From Nemertoderma westbladi (Eukaryota; Animalia; Xenacoelomorpha), in the NCBI GenBank assembly GCA_032718475.1, contig JAUCBJ010004480.1:1-64000 (forward strand): a DNA stretch of 64,000 nucleotides, read 5' to 3'. Below, one piece after another: positions 51,701 through 64,000 of the stretch. Numbering within the stretch: position 1 is the first letter of the stretch; each line of letters starts with the position of its first letter. Under the pieces are notes generated by a model. It made no database searches, had not been told where the DNA came from, and saw only the letters and a program-made list of their open reading frames with translations. A program made the position numbers and the translations under genes.

Positions 51701-54700
51701 CCATACCGGTACTCGGAAACCTACTGAATATCCATACCTGTACTCAAACCTACTGAATATCCATACCTGTACTCAAACCTACTGAATATCCATACCTGTA
51801 CTCAAACCAACTGAATATCCATACCGGTACTCAAACCGACTGAATATCCATACCGGTACTCAAACCTACTAATATCCATACTGATACTCAAACCTACTGA
51901 ATATCCATACCGGTACTCAAATCTACTAATATCCATACTGGTACTCAAACCTACTGAATATCCATACTGGTACTCAAACCTACTGAATATCCATACCGGT
52001 ACTCAAACCTACTGAATATCCATACCGGTACTCAAACCTACTGAATATCCATACCAGTACTCAAACCTACTAATATCCATACCGGTACTCAAAACTACTG
52101 AATATCCATACTGGTACTCAAACCTACTGAATATCCATACCGGTACTCAAACCTACTGAATATCCATACCGGTACTCAAACCTACTGAATATCCATACTG
52201 ATACTCAAACCTACTGAATATCCATACCTGTACTCAAACCTACTGAATATCCATACCGGTACTCAAACCTACTGAATATCCATACCTGTACTCAAACCTA
52301 CTGAATATCCATACCGGTACTCAAACCTACTGAATATCCATACCTGTACTCAAACCTACTGAATATCCATAATGATACTCAAACCTACTGAATATCCATA
52401 CCTGTACTCAAACCTACTGAATATCCATACTGGTACTCAAACCGACTGAATATCCATACTGATACTCAAACCGACTGAATATCCATACCGGTACTCAAAC
52501 CTACTAATATCCATACTGATACTCAAACCTACTGAATATCCATACTGATACTCAAACCTACTGAATATCCATACCTGTACTCAAACCTACTGAATATCCA
52601 TACCTGTACTCAAACCTACTGAATATCCATACCGGTACTCAAACCTACTGAATATCCATACCTGTACTCAAACCTACTGAATATCCATACTGATACTCAA
52701 ACCTACTGAATATCCATACCTGTACTCAAACCTACTGAATATCCATACTGGTACTCAAACCGACTGAATATCCATACTGATACTCAAACCGACTGAATAT
52801 CCATACCGGTACTCAAACCTACTAATATCCATACTGATACTCAAACCTACTGAATATCCATACCGGTACTCAAACCTACTGAATATCCATACTGATACTC
52901 AAACCTACTGAATATCCATACTGATACTCAAACCTACTGAATATCCATACCGGTACTCAAACCTACTGAATATCCATACTGATACTCAAACCTACTGAAT
53001 ATCCATACTGATACTCAAACCTACTGAATATCCATACCGGTACTCAAATCTACTAATATCCATACTGGTACTCAAACCTACTGAATATCCATACCTGTAC
53101 TCAAACCTACTGAATATCCATACCTGTACTCAAACCTACTGAATATCCATACCGGTACTCAAACCTACTGAATATCCATACCTGTACTCAAACCTACTGA
53201 ATATCCATACTGATACTCAAACCTACTGAATATCCATACCTGTACTCAAACCTACTGAATATCCATACTGGTACTCAAACCTACTGAATATCCATACTGG
53301 TACTCAAACCTACTGAATATCCATACCGGTACTCAAACCGACTGAATATCCATACCGGTACTCAAACCTACTAATATCCATACTGAGTACTCAAACCTAC
53401 TGAATATCCATACCGGTACTCAAACCTACTGAATATCCATACCTGTACTCAAACCTACTGAATATCCATACTGATACTCAAACCTACTGAATATCCATAC
53501 CTGTACTCAAACCTACTGAATATCCATACCGGTACTCAAACCTACTGAATATCCATACTGGTACTCAAACCTACTGAATATCCATACCGGTACTCAAACC
53601 GACTGAATATCCATACCGGTACTCAAACCTACTGAATATCCATACCGGTACTCAAACCTACTGAATATCCATACCGGTACTCAAACCTACTGAATATCCA
53701 TACCGGTACTCAAACCTACTGAATATCCATACCGGTACTCAAACCTACTGAATATCCATACCGGTACTCAAACCTACTGAATATCCATACCGGTACTCAA
53801 ACCTACTGAATATCCATACCGGTACTCAAACCTACTGAATATCCATACCGGTACTCAAACCTACTGAATATCCATACTGGTACTCAAACCTACTGAATAT
53901 CCATACCGGTACTCAAACCTACTGAATATCCATACCGGTACTCAAACCTACTGAATATCCATACCGGTACTCAAACCTACTGAATATCCATACTGATACT
54001 CAAACCTACTGAATATCCATACCGGTACTCAAACCTACTGAATATCCATACCGGTACTCAAACCTACTGAATATCCATACCGGTACTCAAACCTACTGAA
54101 TATCCATACTGGTACTCAAACCTACTGAATATCCATACCGGTACTCAAACCTACTGAATATCCATACCGGTACTCAAACCTACTGAATATCCATACCGGT
54201 ACTCAAACCTACTGAATATCCATACTGGTACTCAAACCTACTGAATATCCATACCTGTACTCAAACCTACTGAATATCCATACCGGTACTCAAACCTACT
54301 GAATATCCATACCGGTACTCAAACCTACTGAATATCCATACCGGTACTCAAACCTACTGAATATCCATACCGGTACTCAAACCTACTGAATATCCATACC
54401 TGTACTCAAACCTACTGAATATCCATACTGGTACTCAAACCTACTGAATATCCATACCGGTACTCAAACCTACTGAATATCCATACCGGTACTCAAACCT
54501 ACTGAATATCCATACCGGTACTCAAACCTACTGAATATCCATACCGGTACTCAAACCTACTGAATATCCATACCTGTACTCAAACCTACTGAATATCCAT
54601 ACCGGTACTCAAACCTACTGAATATCCATACCGGTACTCAAACCTACTGAATATCCATACCGGTACTCAAACCTACTGAATATCCATACTGTACTCAAAC

Positions 54701-57700
54701 CTACTGAATATCCATACCGGTACTCAAACCTACTGAATATCCATACCGGTACTCAAACCTACTGAATATCCATACCGGTACTCAAACCTACTGAATATCC
54801 ATACCGGTACTCAAACCTACTGAATATCCATACCGGTACTCAAACCTACTGAATATCCATACCGGTACTCAAACCTACTGAATATCCATACCTGTACTCA
54901 AACCTACTGAATATCCATACCTGTACTCAAACCTACTGAATATCCATACCTGTACTCAAACCTACTGAATATCCATACCTGTACTCAAACCTACTGAATA
55001 TCCATACCGGTACTCAAACCTACTGAATATCCATACCGGTACTCAAACCTACTGAATATCCATACCGGTACTCAAACCTACTGAATATCCATACCGGTAC
55101 TCAAACCTACTGAATATCCATACCTGTACTCAAACCTACTGAATATCCATACCGGTACTCAAACCTACTGAATATCCATACCTGGTACTCAAACCTACTG
55201 AATATCCATACCGGTACTCAAACCTACTGAATATCCATACCGGTACTCAAACCTACTGAATATCCATACCGGTACTCAAACCTACTGAATATCCATACTG
55301 ATACTCAAACCTACTGAATATCCATACCGGTACTCAAACCTACTGAATATCCATACATGTACTCAAACCTACTGAATATCCATACCTGTACTCAAACCTA
55401 CTGAATACCCATACCGGTACTCAAACCTACTGAATATCCATACCGGTACTCAAACCTACTGAATATCCATACGTGTACTCAAACCTACTGAATATCCATA
55501 CCGGTACTCAAACCTACTGAATATCCATACCGGTACTCAAACCTACTGAATATCCATACCTGTACTCAAACCTACTGAATATCCATACTGATACTCAAAC
55601 CTACTGAATATCCATACCGGTACTCAAACCTACTGAATATCCATACCGGTACTCAAACCTACTGAATATCCATACCGGTACTCAAACCTACTGAATATCC
55701 ATACATGTACTCAAACCTACTGAATATCCATACCGGTACTCAAACCTACTGAATATCCATACCGGTACTCAAACCTACTGAATATCCATACCTGTACTCA
55801 AACCTACTGAATATCCATACCGGTACTCAAACCTACTGAATATCCATACCTGTACTCAAACCTACTGAATATCCATACCGGTACTCAAACCTACTGAATA
55901 TCCATACCTGTACTCAAACCTGCTGAATATCCATACTGATACTCAAACCTACTGAATATCCATACCTGTACTCAAACCTACTGAATATCCATACTGATAC
56001 TCAAACCTACTGAATATCCATACCGGTACTCAAACCTACTGAATATCCATACCTGTACTCAAACCTACTGAATATCCATACTGATACTCAAACCTACTGA
56101 ATATCCATACCTGTACTCAAACCTACTGAATATCCATACCTGTACTCAAACCTACTGAATATCCATACTGGTACTCAAACCTACTGAATACCCATACCGG
56201 TACTCAAACCTACTAAATATCCATTCCGGTACTCAAACCTACTAAATATCCATACCGGTACTCAAATCGACTGAATATCCATACCGGTACTCAAACCTAC
56301 TGAATACCCATACCGGTACTCAAACCTACTAAATATCCATACCGGTACTCAAACCTACTGAATATCCATACGTGTACTCAAACCTACTGAATATCCATAC
56401 CGGTACTCAAACCTACTGAATATCCATACCGGTACTCAAACCTACTGAATATCCATACCTGTACTCAAACCTACTGAATATCCATACTGATACTCAAACC
56501 TACTGAATATCCATACCGGTACTCAAACCTACTGAATATCCATACCGGTACTCAAACCTACTGAATATCCATACCGGTACTCAAACCTACTGAATATCCA
56601 TACATGTACTCAAACCTACTGAATATCCATACCGGTACTCAAACCTACTGAATATCCATACCGGTACTCAAACCTACTGAATATCCATACCTGTACTCAA
56701 ACCTACTGAATATCCATACTGATACTCAAACCTACTGAATATCCATACCTGTACTCAAACCTACTGAATATCCATACTGGTACTCAAACCTACTGAATAT
56801 CCATACCGGTACTCAAACCTACTGAATATCCATACCTGTACTCAAACCTACTGAATATCCATACCGGTACTCAAACCTACTGAATATCCATACCTGTACT
56901 CAAACCTGCTGAATATCCATACTGATACTCAAACCTACTGAATATCCATACCTGTACTCAAACCTACTGAATATCCATACTGATACTCAAACCTACTGAA
57001 TATCCATACCGGTACTCAAACCTACTGAATATCCATACCTGTACTCAAACCTACTGAATATCCATACTGATACTCAAACCTACTGAATATCCATACCTGT
57101 ACTCAAACCTACTGAATATCCATACCTGTACTCAAACCTACTGAATATCCATACTGGTACTCAAACCTACTGAATACCCATACCGGTACTCAAACCTACT
57201 AAATATCCATTCCGGTACTCAAACCTACTAAATATCCATACCGGTACTCAAATCGACTGAATATCCATACCGGTACTCAAACCTACTGAATACCCATACC
57301 GGTACTCAAACCTACTAAATATCCATACCGGTACTCAAACCTACTAAATATCCATACCTGTACTCAAACCTACTGAATATCCATACTGGTACTCAAACCT
57401 ACTGAATACCCATACCGGTACTCAAACCTACTGAATATCCATACTGGTACTCAAACCTACTGAATATCCATACTGATACTCAAACCTACTGAATATCCAT
57501 ACTGATACTCAAACCTACTGAATACCCATACCGGTACTCAAACCTACTGAATATCCATACTGGTACTCAAACCTACTGAATATCCATACTGATACTCAAA
57601 CCTACTGAATACCCATACCGGTACTCAAACCTACTGAATATCCATACTGGTACTCAAACCTACTGAATATCCATACCGGTACTCAAAGCTACTGAATATC

Positions 57701-60700
57701 CATACCAGTACTCAAAACTACTGAATATCCATACTGGTACTCAAACCTACTGAATATCCATACCGGTACTCAAACCTACTGAATATCCATACCGGTACTC
57801 AAACCGACTGAATATCCATACCGGTACTCAAACCTACTGAATATCCATACCGGTACTCAAACCTACTGAATATCCATACCGGTACTCAAACCTACTGAAT
57901 ATCCATACCGGTACTCAAACCTACTGAATATCCATACCGGTACTCAAACCTACTGAATATCCATACTGATACTCAAACCTACTGAATATCCATACTGATA
58001 CTCAAACCTACTGAATACCCATACCGGTACTCAAACCTACTGAATATCCATACTGGTACTCAAACCTACTGAATATCCATACTGATACTCAAACCTATTG
58101 AATATCCATACCGGTACTCAAACCTACTGAATATCCATACCAGTACTCAAACCTACTGAATATCCATACTGATACTCAAACCTACTGAATATCCATACTG
58201 ATACTCAAACCTACTGAATACCCGTACCGGTACTCAAACCTACTGAATATCCATACTGATACTCAAACCTACTGAATATCCATACTGGTACTCAAACCTA
58301 CTGAATATCCATACTGATACTCAAACCTACTGAATATCCATACTGATACTCAAACCTACTGAATACCCATACCGGTACTCAAACCTACTGAATATCCATA
58401 CTGGTACTCAAACCTACTGAATATCCATACTGATACTCAAACCTACTGAATATCCATACCGGTACTCAAACCTACTGAATATCCATACTGATACTCAAAC
58501 CTACTGAATATCCATACTGATACTCAAACCTACTGAATACCCGTACCGGTACTCAAACCTACTGAATATCCATACTGATACTCAAACCTACTGAATATCC
58601 ATACTGGTACTCAAACCTACTGAATATCCATACTGATACTCAAACCTACTGAATATCCATACTGATACTCAAACCTACTGAATACCCATACCGGTACTCA
58701 AACCTACTGAATATCCATACTGGTACTCAAACCTACTGAATATCCATACTGATACTCAAACCTACTGAATATCCATACTGATACTCAAACCTACTGAATA
58801 CCCATACCGGTACTCAAACCTACTGAATATCCATACTGGTACTCAAACCTACTGAATATCCATACTGATACTCAAACCTATTGAATATCCATACTGATAC
58901 TCAAACCTACTGAATATCCATACCGGTACTCAAACCTACTGAATATCCATACTGGTACTCAAACCTACTAAATATCCATACCGGTACTCAAACCTACTAA
59001 ATATCCATACCGGTACTCAAACCTACTAAATATCCATACCGGTACTCAAATCGACTGAATATCCATACCGGTACTCAAACCTACTGAATATCCATACCTG
59101 TACTCAAACCTACTGAATATCCATACTGATACTCAAACCTACTGAATATCCATACCTGTACTCAAACCTACTGAATACCCATACCGGTACTCAAACCTAC
59201 TAAATATCCATACCGGTACTCAAACCTACTAAATATCCATACCGGTACTCAAATCGACTGAATATCCATACCGGTACTCAAACCTACTGAATATCCATAC
59301 CTGTACTCAAACCTACTGAATATCCATACTGATACTCAAACCTACTGAATATCCATACCTGTACTCAAACCTACTGAATATCCATACTGATACTCAAACC
59401 TACTGAATATCCATACCGGTACTCAAACCTACTGAATATCCATACCGGTACTCAAACCTACTGAATATCCATACCAGTACTCAAACCTACTAATATCCAT
59501 ACTGGTACTCAAACCTACTGAATATCCATACATGTACTCAAACCTACTGAATATCCATACCTGTACTCAAACCTACTGAATACCCATACCGGTACTCAAA
59601 CCTACTGAATATCCATACCGGTACTCAAACCTACTGAATATCCATACGTGTACTCAAACCTACTGAATATCCATACCGGTACTCAAACCTACTGAATATC
59701 CATACCGGTACTCAAACCTACTGAATATCCATACCTGTACTCAAACCTACTGAATATCCATACTGATACTCAAACCTACTGAATATCCATACCGGTACTC
59801 AAACCTACTGAATATCCATACCGGTACTCAAACCTACTGAATATCCATACCGGTACTCAAACCTACTGAATATCCATACATGTACTCAAACCTACTGAAT
59901 ATCCATACCGGTACTCAAACCTACTGAATATCCATACCGGTACTCAAACCTACTGAATATCCATACCTGTACTCAAACCTACTGAATATCCATACCGGTA
60001 CTCAAACCTACTGAATATCCATACCTGTACTCAAACCTACTGAATATCCATACCGGTACTCAAACCTACTGAATATCCATACCTGTACTCAAACCTGCTG
60101 AATATCCATACTGATACTCAAACCTACTGAATATCCATACCTGTACTCAAACCTACTGAATATCCATACTGATACTCAAACCTACTGAATATCCATACCG
60201 GTACTCAAACCTACTGAATATCCATACCTGTACTCAAACCTACTGAATATCCATACTGATACTCAAACCTACTGAATATCCATACCTGTACTCAAACCTA
60301 CTGAATATCCATACCTGTACTCAAACCTACTGAATATCCATACTGGTACTCAAACCTACTGAATACCCATACCGGTACTCAAACCTACTAAATATCCATT
60401 CCGGTACTCAAACCTACTAAATATCCATACCGGTACTCAAATCGACTGAATATCCATACCGGTACTCAAACCTACTGAATACCCATACCGGTACTCAAAC
60501 CTACTAAATATCCATACCGGTACTCAAACCTACTGAATATCCATACGTGTACTCAAACCTACTGAATATCCATACCGGTACTCAAACCTACTGAATATCC
60601 ATACCGGTACTCAAACCTACTGAATATCCATACCTGTACTCAAACCTACTGAATATCCATACTGATACTCAAACCTACTGAATATCCATACCGGTACTCA

Positions 60701-63700
60701 AACCTACTGAATATCCATACCGGTACTCAAACCTACTGAATATCCATACCGGTACTCAAACCTACTGAATATCCATACATGTACTCAAACCTACTGAATA
60801 TCCATACCGGTACTCAAACCTACTGAATATCCATACCGGTACTCAAACCTACTGAATATCCATACCTGTACTCAAACCTACTGAATATCCATACTGATAC
60901 TCAAACCTACTGAATATCCATACCTGTACTCAAACCTACTGAATATCCATACTGGTACTCAAACCTACTGAATATCCATACCGGTACTCAAACCTACTGA
61001 ATATCCATACCTGTACTCAAACCTACTGAATATCCATACCGGTACTCAAACCTACTGAATATCCATACCTGTACTCAAACCTGCTGAATATCCATACTGA
61101 TACTCAAACCTACTGAATATCCATACCTGTACTCAAACCTACTGAATATCCATACTGATACTCAAACCTACTGAATATCCATACCGGTACTCAAACCTAC
61201 TGAATATCCATACCTGTACTCAAACCTACTGAATATCCATACTGATACTCAAACCTACTGAATATCCATACCTGTACTCAAACCTACTGAATATCCATAC
61301 CTGTACTCAAACCTACTGAATATCCATACTGGTACTCAAACCTACTGAATACCCATACCGGTACTCAAACCTACTAAATATCCATTCCGGTACTCAAACC
61401 TACTAAATATCCATACCGGTACTCAAATCGACTGAATATCCATACCGGTACTCAAACCTACTGAATACCCATACCGGTACTCAAACCTACTAAATATCCA
61501 TACCGGTACTCAAACCTACTAAATATCCATACTTGTACTCAAACCTACTGAATATCCATACTGGTACTCAAACCTACTGAATACCCATACCGGTACTCAA
61601 ACCTACTGAATATCCATACTGGTACTCAAACCTACTGAATATCCATACTGATACTCAAACCTACTGAATATCCATACTGATACTCAAACCTACTGAATAC
61701 CCATACCGGTACTCAAACCTACTGAATATCCATACTGGTACTCAAACCTACTGAATATCCATACTGATACTCAAACCTACTGAATACCCATACCGGTACT
61801 CAAACCTACTGAATATCCATACTGGTACTCAAACCTACTGAATATCCATACCGGTACTCAAAGCTACTGAATATCCATACCAGTACTCAAAACTACTGAA
61901 TATCCATACTGGTACTCAAACCTACTGAATATCCATACCGGTACTCAAACCTACTGAATATCCATACCGGTACTCAAACCGACTGAATATCCATACCGGT
62001 ACTCAAACCTACTGAATATCCATACCGGTACTCAAACCTACTGAATATCCATACCGGTACTCAAACCTACTGAATATCCATACCGGTACTCAAACCTACT
62101 GAATATCCATACCGGTACTCAAACCTACTGAATATCCATACTGATACTCAAACCTACTGAATATCCATACTGATACTCAAACCTACTGAATACCCATACC
62201 GGTACTCAAACCTACTGAATATCCATACTGGTACTCAAACCTACTGAATATCCATACTGATACTCAAACCTATTGAATATCCATACCGGTACTCAAACCT
62301 ACTGAATATCCATACCAGTACTCAAACCTACTGAATATCCATACTGATACTCAAACCTACTGAATATCCATACTGATACTCAAACCTACTGAATACCCGT
62401 ACCGGTACTCAAACCTACTGAATATCCATACTGATACTCAAACCTACTGAATATCCATACTGGTACTCAAACCTACTGAATATCCATACTGATACTCAAA
62501 CCTACTGAATATCCATACTGATACTCAAACCTACTGAATACCCATACCGGTACTCAAACCTACTGAATATCCATACTGGTACTCAAACCTACTGAATATC
62601 CATACTGATACTCAAACCTACTGAATATCCATACCGGTACTCAAACCTACTGAATATCCATACTGATACTCAAACCTACTGAATATCCATACTGATACTC
62701 AAACCTACTGAATACCCGTACCGGTACTCAAACCTACTGAATATCCATACTGATACTCAAACCTACTGAATATCCATACTGGTACTCAAACCTACTGAAT
62801 ATCCATACTGATACTCAAACCTACTGAATATCCATACTTATACTCAAACCTACTGAATACCCATACCGGTACTCAAACCTACTGAATATCCATACTGGTA
62901 CTCAAACCTACTGAATATCCATACTGATACTCAAACCTACTGAATATCCATACTGATACTCAAACCTACTGAATACCCATACCGGTACTCAAACCTACTG
63001 AATATCCATACTGGTACTCAAACCTACTGAATATCCATACTGATACTCAAACCTATTGAATATCCATACTGATACTCAAACCTACTGAATATCCATACCG
63101 GTACTCAAACCTACTGAATATCCATACTGGTACTCAAACCTACTAAATATCCATACCGGTACTCAAACCTACTAAATATCCATACCGGTACTCAAACCTA
63201 CTAAATATCCATACCGGTACTCAAATCGACTGAATATCCATACCGGTACTCAAACCTACTGAATATCCATACCTGTACTCAAACCTACTGAATATCCATA
63301 CTGATACTCAAACCTACTGAATATCCATACCTGTACTCAAACCTACTGAATACCCATACCGGTACTCAAACCTACTAAATATCCATACCGGTACTCAAAC
63401 CTACTAAATATCCATACCGGTACTCAAATCGACTGAATATCCATACCGGTACTCAAACCTACTGAATATCCATACCTGTACTCAAACCTACTGAATATCC
63501 ATACTGATACTCAAACCTACTGAATATCCATACCTGTACTCAAACCTACTGAATATCCATACTGATACTCAAACCTACTGAATATCCATACCGGTACTCA
63601 AACCTACTGAATATCCATACCGGTACTCAAACCTACTGAATATCCATACCAGTACTCAAACCTACTAATATCCATACTGGTACTCAAACCTACTGAATAT

Positions 63701-64000
63701 CCATACTGGTACTCAAACCTACTGAATATCCATACTGGTACTCAAACCTACTGAATATCCATACCGGTACTCAAACCTACTGAATATCCATACCTGTACT
63801 CAAACCTACTGAATATCCATACTGATACTCAAACCTACTGAATATCCATACCTGTACTCAAACCTACTGAATATCCATACTGATACTCAAACCTACTGAA
63901 TATCCATACCGGTACTCAAACCTACTGAATATCCATACCTGTACTCAAACCTACTGAATATCCATACTGATACTCAAACCTACTGAATATCCATATACCT
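48703..64000. repeat. 29-bp satellite array, >15 kb (~525 units), running off the window
   Basis: Unit TACTCAAACCTACTGAATATCCATA plus a variable tetramer (CCGG/CCTG/CTGA/CTGG; rarer CCAG/CATG/CGTG). Confidence 0.99.

Noticed and set aside
48703-64000. CRISPR-like array (constant ~25 bp plus variable part)
   Set aside because: The variable part is only 4 nt drawn from a few alleles. There are no unique spacers and no cas genes, and the context is a eukaryotic intron.

Overview
This is AT-rich animal (invertebrate-like) nuclear DNA, not prokaryotic. A + strand SLC24/NCKX-family K+-dependent Na+/Ca2+ exchanger gene can be reconstructed from five phase-compatible exons (12395-12635, 13659-13859, 44517-44758, 47914-48113, 48585-48693) and continues beyond the window. 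Its ~30.7 kb second intron is packed with transposons. These include RTE, L2/CR1 and CRE-like LINE remnants, SINEs, a fold-back MITE, and a young Mag-like Gypsy element nested in a non-autonomous piggyBac-like element. The last visible intron is a >15 kb array of a 29-bp satellite with higher-order structure. Upstream, on the - strand, lies a single-exon EGF-domain transmembrane ORF (338-943) resembling an EGFR ligand. I found no clear-cut novel multi-gene system. The best leads are the intronless EGFR-ligand-like gene, the AG-free, UACUCA-rich intronic satellite, the fold-back elements with exchanged repeat units, and the Gypsy copy with near-identical LTRs but three nonsense codons. All calls come from reading motifs by eye; no searches were run.
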